From Candidatus Iainarchaeum sp. (GTDB taxonomy: Archaea; Iainarchaeota; Iainarchaeia; Iainarchaeales; JAZDEL01): 32,000 bases of DNA. The DNA lies in the NCBI GenBank assembly GCA_043808785.1, contig JAZDEL010000009.1:150001-182000 (forward strand), read 5' to 3'. Each line of letters starts with the position of its first letter. The first letter of the stretch is position 1. The position numbers and the translations under genes were made by a program. The notes beneath the pieces were generated by a model. The model worked only from the letters and a program-made list of their open reading frames with translations. It ran no database searches and was not told the DNA's origin. Shown here piece by piece: positions 30,081 to 32,000 of this stretch.

Positions 30081-30491
30081 TTGAGGGAAAGGCTTAAGGA
30101 AGCGCTTGCGGGCAAAGTGGAATCAATTTTGAGGAGCAGGAAATTTGCCGCGGCACTGCACCTGCCTGTTGCTGGCGCGCTCCTCTGCATGGCTTTCGGG
30201 TTTTTTATCGCAAAAAGCTGGCGGACGCTCGGCGAGGACGTGAAGCTCGGGGTTGCGGCGCAGTTCTGTTTTCCACTTGTTTTCCTTTTTGGCCTTGCAG
30301 TGAGATACCTTTTCTGGCTCTTTTGGTTCGAGTGGGTGAATCTCGCAATGCAGTATGCGCTTTCGGCATATATGGTAGCTGCATATGCCGCAATGCTGCT
30401 TGCCGCATTTGGCATTTACACAGGGCGCAACTTCAGGTATGGGCGCCTCAAGCCCGCATTGCTCGGGTTTGCGGAATGGCTCTTCGGGTGA
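30081..30491 (+). CDS. Hypothetical membrane protein (3-4 TM helices), TTG start
   Basis: The TTG lies 1 nt after the upstream stop, and the first in-frame ATG is only at codon 37. The body is hydrophobic (LFWLFWFEWVNLAMQYALSAYMVAAYAAMLLAAFGIY). Confidence 0.5.
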   Translation: MRERLKEALAGKVESILRSRKFAAALHLPVAGALLCMAFGFFIAKSWRTLGEDVKLGVAAQFCFPLVFLFGLAVRYLFWLFWFEWVNLAMQYALSAYMVAAYAAMLLAAFGIYTGRNFRYGRLKPALLGFAEWLFG

Positions 30492-30557
30492 GTATGGTGA
30501 AAGCCCCGAGTGAACTGCCTGCCGCTGAAGCGGGTGAGGGTTCTCTCGGGCTGCGCC

Positions 30558-30614
30558 CTAAAGGCCGGGCGTTTCCCGCGCACGGGCTAAAGGCGGGCGT
30601 TTCCCGTGCCACGG
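30558..30614. repeat. Tandem direct repeat, two units of 29 and 28 nt (CTAAAGGCCGGGCGTTTCCCGCGCACGGG / CTAAAGGCGGGCGTTTCCCGTGCCACGG)
   Basis: Read directly, in the 123-nt spacer between convergent genes. A third partial unit, CTAGCCGCGG, starts at the stop codon of the 30615-31556 gene. Confidence 0.7.
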
Positions 30615-31556
30615 CTAGCCGCGGTAGTGCGCGAGTATTTCCCCCGCAGCCCTTTCCCAAGAAAAATCCTCCATTTCGCGCCTGAATTCACGTACGCACG
30701 AGGGCCTGTCTTTCAGGATGCCCAGAACCTTCTCAATAAACTCCCGACCGCTTGAAGCAGTAATAGTCAGCTGGCTTTTCATGGAATCGGGACCGATTAC
30801 GGGGACGCGGAAGCAGTATGCCACGTGCGCAACCCCGCTCCAGTTGTTCTGTGTGTTTGTAAGCAGCGCGGCATCCGCAATCGTGAACAGCTCCGCTGTT
30901 TCCTTTTCACCCATATATTTCGGGTGCAAAACCGCAAAATCCGGAAGTTCCTTGAGGCCGCACTCGCCAAGGCTTGCGTATCCCTGCTGCCCCGCAATCA
31001 GAAGCATGGCATTCGGCCTTTTCCGCACAACGTCACGCATAATCCGCAGCATTGACGCATAGCCCTTGCTCGGCCGTATTATGCCGTACGAAAGCACAAC
31101 ATCCTTTCCGGAAACGCCCCACTTTTTCTTGAGCATTGAGCGCGGCTGTTTGCTTCTGTGCTTCAGGTAAAACGAGAAGTTGCCGTGGGGAATCGCCGCT
31201 GTTTTATATGAAAAGCCCCACTCTGTTTTGTCGTGCACGAGTATTTTGTGCGCGGTTTTGTAGAGCAGGCGCTCGTACAGCCTGCTCTTCAGGGGCTTTG
31301 CGCCGCGCGCAGTCGGGCAGAAGCTCGTCACAATAACCCTCTTTCCTGCCGCGCGCCCGAGCATGAGAAGCGCTAGGAGAAAAACCTGCTTCGCATTGCC
31401 GAAGGTGTCGAAATTGTAGTGCAGCACGTTTGCGGAGGGAAAATCCCGCCAGCCAGCCGAGGCATGCACGCCCTTTTCCTTCAGCGCCCTCTCAAGCTCC
31501 CGCACATAGTAGTAAATGCCGCCTCTTTTCCCCCTGCCGAACAAAACCGCGTTCAA
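30615..31556 (-). CDS. GT-B fold glycosyltransferase (group 1 / GT4-family-like)
   Basis: The N-terminus GRGKRGGIYYYVRELERALKEKGVHA is the typical GT1 pattern (GG...v..La..L...Gh.V). The C-terminal half has LLIAGQQGYA, EKETAELFTIADAALLTN and SGVAHVAYCFRVPVIGPD. The TTG start overlaps the upstream stop (TTGA). Confidence 0.75.
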   Translation of the reverse strand: MNAVLFGRGKRGGIYYYVRELERALKEKGVHASAGWRDFPSANVLHYNFDTFGNAKQVFLLALLMLGRAAGKRVIVTSFCPTARGAKPLKSRLYERLLYKTAHKILVHDKTEWGFSYKTAAIPHGNFSFYLKHRSKQPRSMLKKKWGVSGKDVVLSYGIIRPSKGYASMLRIMRDVVRKRPNAMLLIAGQQGYASLGECGLKELPDFAVLHPKYMGEKETAELFTIADAALLTNTQNNWSGVAHVAYCFRVPVIGPDSMKSQLTITASSGREFIEKVLGILKDRPSCVREFRREMEDFSWERAAGEILAHYRG

Positions 31557-31999
31557 AGTTTATCGCCCGCCCGCAGCGCGCCATAAATTGTGCCGAAAAC
31601 AAAAGCGAAGCCGTCCGCAAAGCTGAGCGCGGCAAGCCCCGCAATATAATGCGCGCTGCGGAAGCCGAGGACTGAAATGCCGTTCCTCCTTATCGCGTGG
31701 TTCAGGATGGCTGCGGCAAAAGCCGCAATGGCGGTTGCCGCAAAAACAAAAAAAGCCGTAGACCAAAACAGCGATGCTATTCCCGCAAGGGGAATTGCGG
31801 CAAACAATGCGAATTTTGCAGCGGGAAATTCGCTTGGGTACGCGCGGAAGTATGCAACACGCCCCGCGCTGTGCAGGAAAGAGCGTGAAATGCCCTGCAA
31901 AAAATTGCGCGGCTTGCCTGCATGGAACTGCACCGCGCTTGGCTCGAAGCCGATTGTGAAGCCCGAGGCAAGCATGCGCTTCCCCAAGTCGCGTTCCTC
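31553..31999 (-). CDS. C-terminal part of a GT2-like glycosyltransferase with a membrane-spanning tail (5' end outside the window)
   Basis: The frame is open to the window edge. EERDLGKRMLASGFTIGFEPSAVQFHAG matches the GT2 (E/D)DxDLxxRxxxxGyxixyxPxAxvxH block. Three or four hydrophobic helices follow. Confidence 0.6.
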   Translation of the reverse strand, partial: EERDLGKRMLASGFTIGFEPSAVQFHAGKPRNFLQGISRSFLHSAGRVAYFRAYPSEFPAAKFALFAAIPLAGIASLFWSTAFFVFAATAIAAFAAAILNHAIRRNGISVLGFRSAHYIAGLAALSFADGFAFVFGTIYGALRAGDKL

Positions 32000-32000
32000 C

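Noticed and set aside
30558-30614. A possible CRISPR array
   Set aside because: There are only two adjacent repeat units with no spacers, and no cas genes in the window.
30323-30685. The 120-aa plus-strand ORF spanning the tandem repeat
   Set aside because: It overlaps the end of a better membrane-protein ORF and the convergent GT gene. Its Arg/Ala/Gly-rich sequence is dictated by the GC-rich repeat.

Overview
This is a dense, GC-rich window with about 33 protein-coding genes on both strands. I recognised no rRNA, tRNA, CRISPR array, integrase or transposase. All family assignments come from motifs read by eye, with no database search.

The sequence looks archaeal:
- AT-rich TATA-like boxes sit about 27 nt upstream of many start codons, implying leaderless or short-leader transcripts.
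- It encodes an ALG7/AglH-type GlcNAc-1-P transferase, a Dpm1-like GT2, PMT/ArnT-like GT-C proteins, a DUF1616-like pair and a single-domain KaiC/RecA-like ATPase.
- Adjacent genes often overlap by 4 nt (ATGA, GTGA, TTGA).

Most of the window is a cell-surface biogenesis island. It holds five or six glycosyltransferases, four SAM methyltransferases, ABC-2 exporters and several large secreted cysteine-rich or beta-sandwich proteins.

The stand-out is a compact RiPP-like locus at 4168-7384:
- a plus-strand pair: a PqqD-like RRE and a lasso-type B2 (transglutaminase-core) peptidase
- a converging minus-strand operon: HprK-like kinase, a second PqqD-like RRE, a radical SAM/SPASM maturase and an unannotated 50-aa ORF

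The 50-aa ORF has a lasso-style YxxPxI leader, three Cys and a C-terminal Ser. No asparagine-synthetase-like lasso cyclase is present in the window. This suggests a hybrid, cyclase-less RiPP pathway.

A second unexplained neighbourhood lies at 16751-22771. It combines the KaiC-like ATPase, two paralogous single-pass surface proteins that share a cytoplasmic tail, a coiled-coil protein and a small membrane protein.
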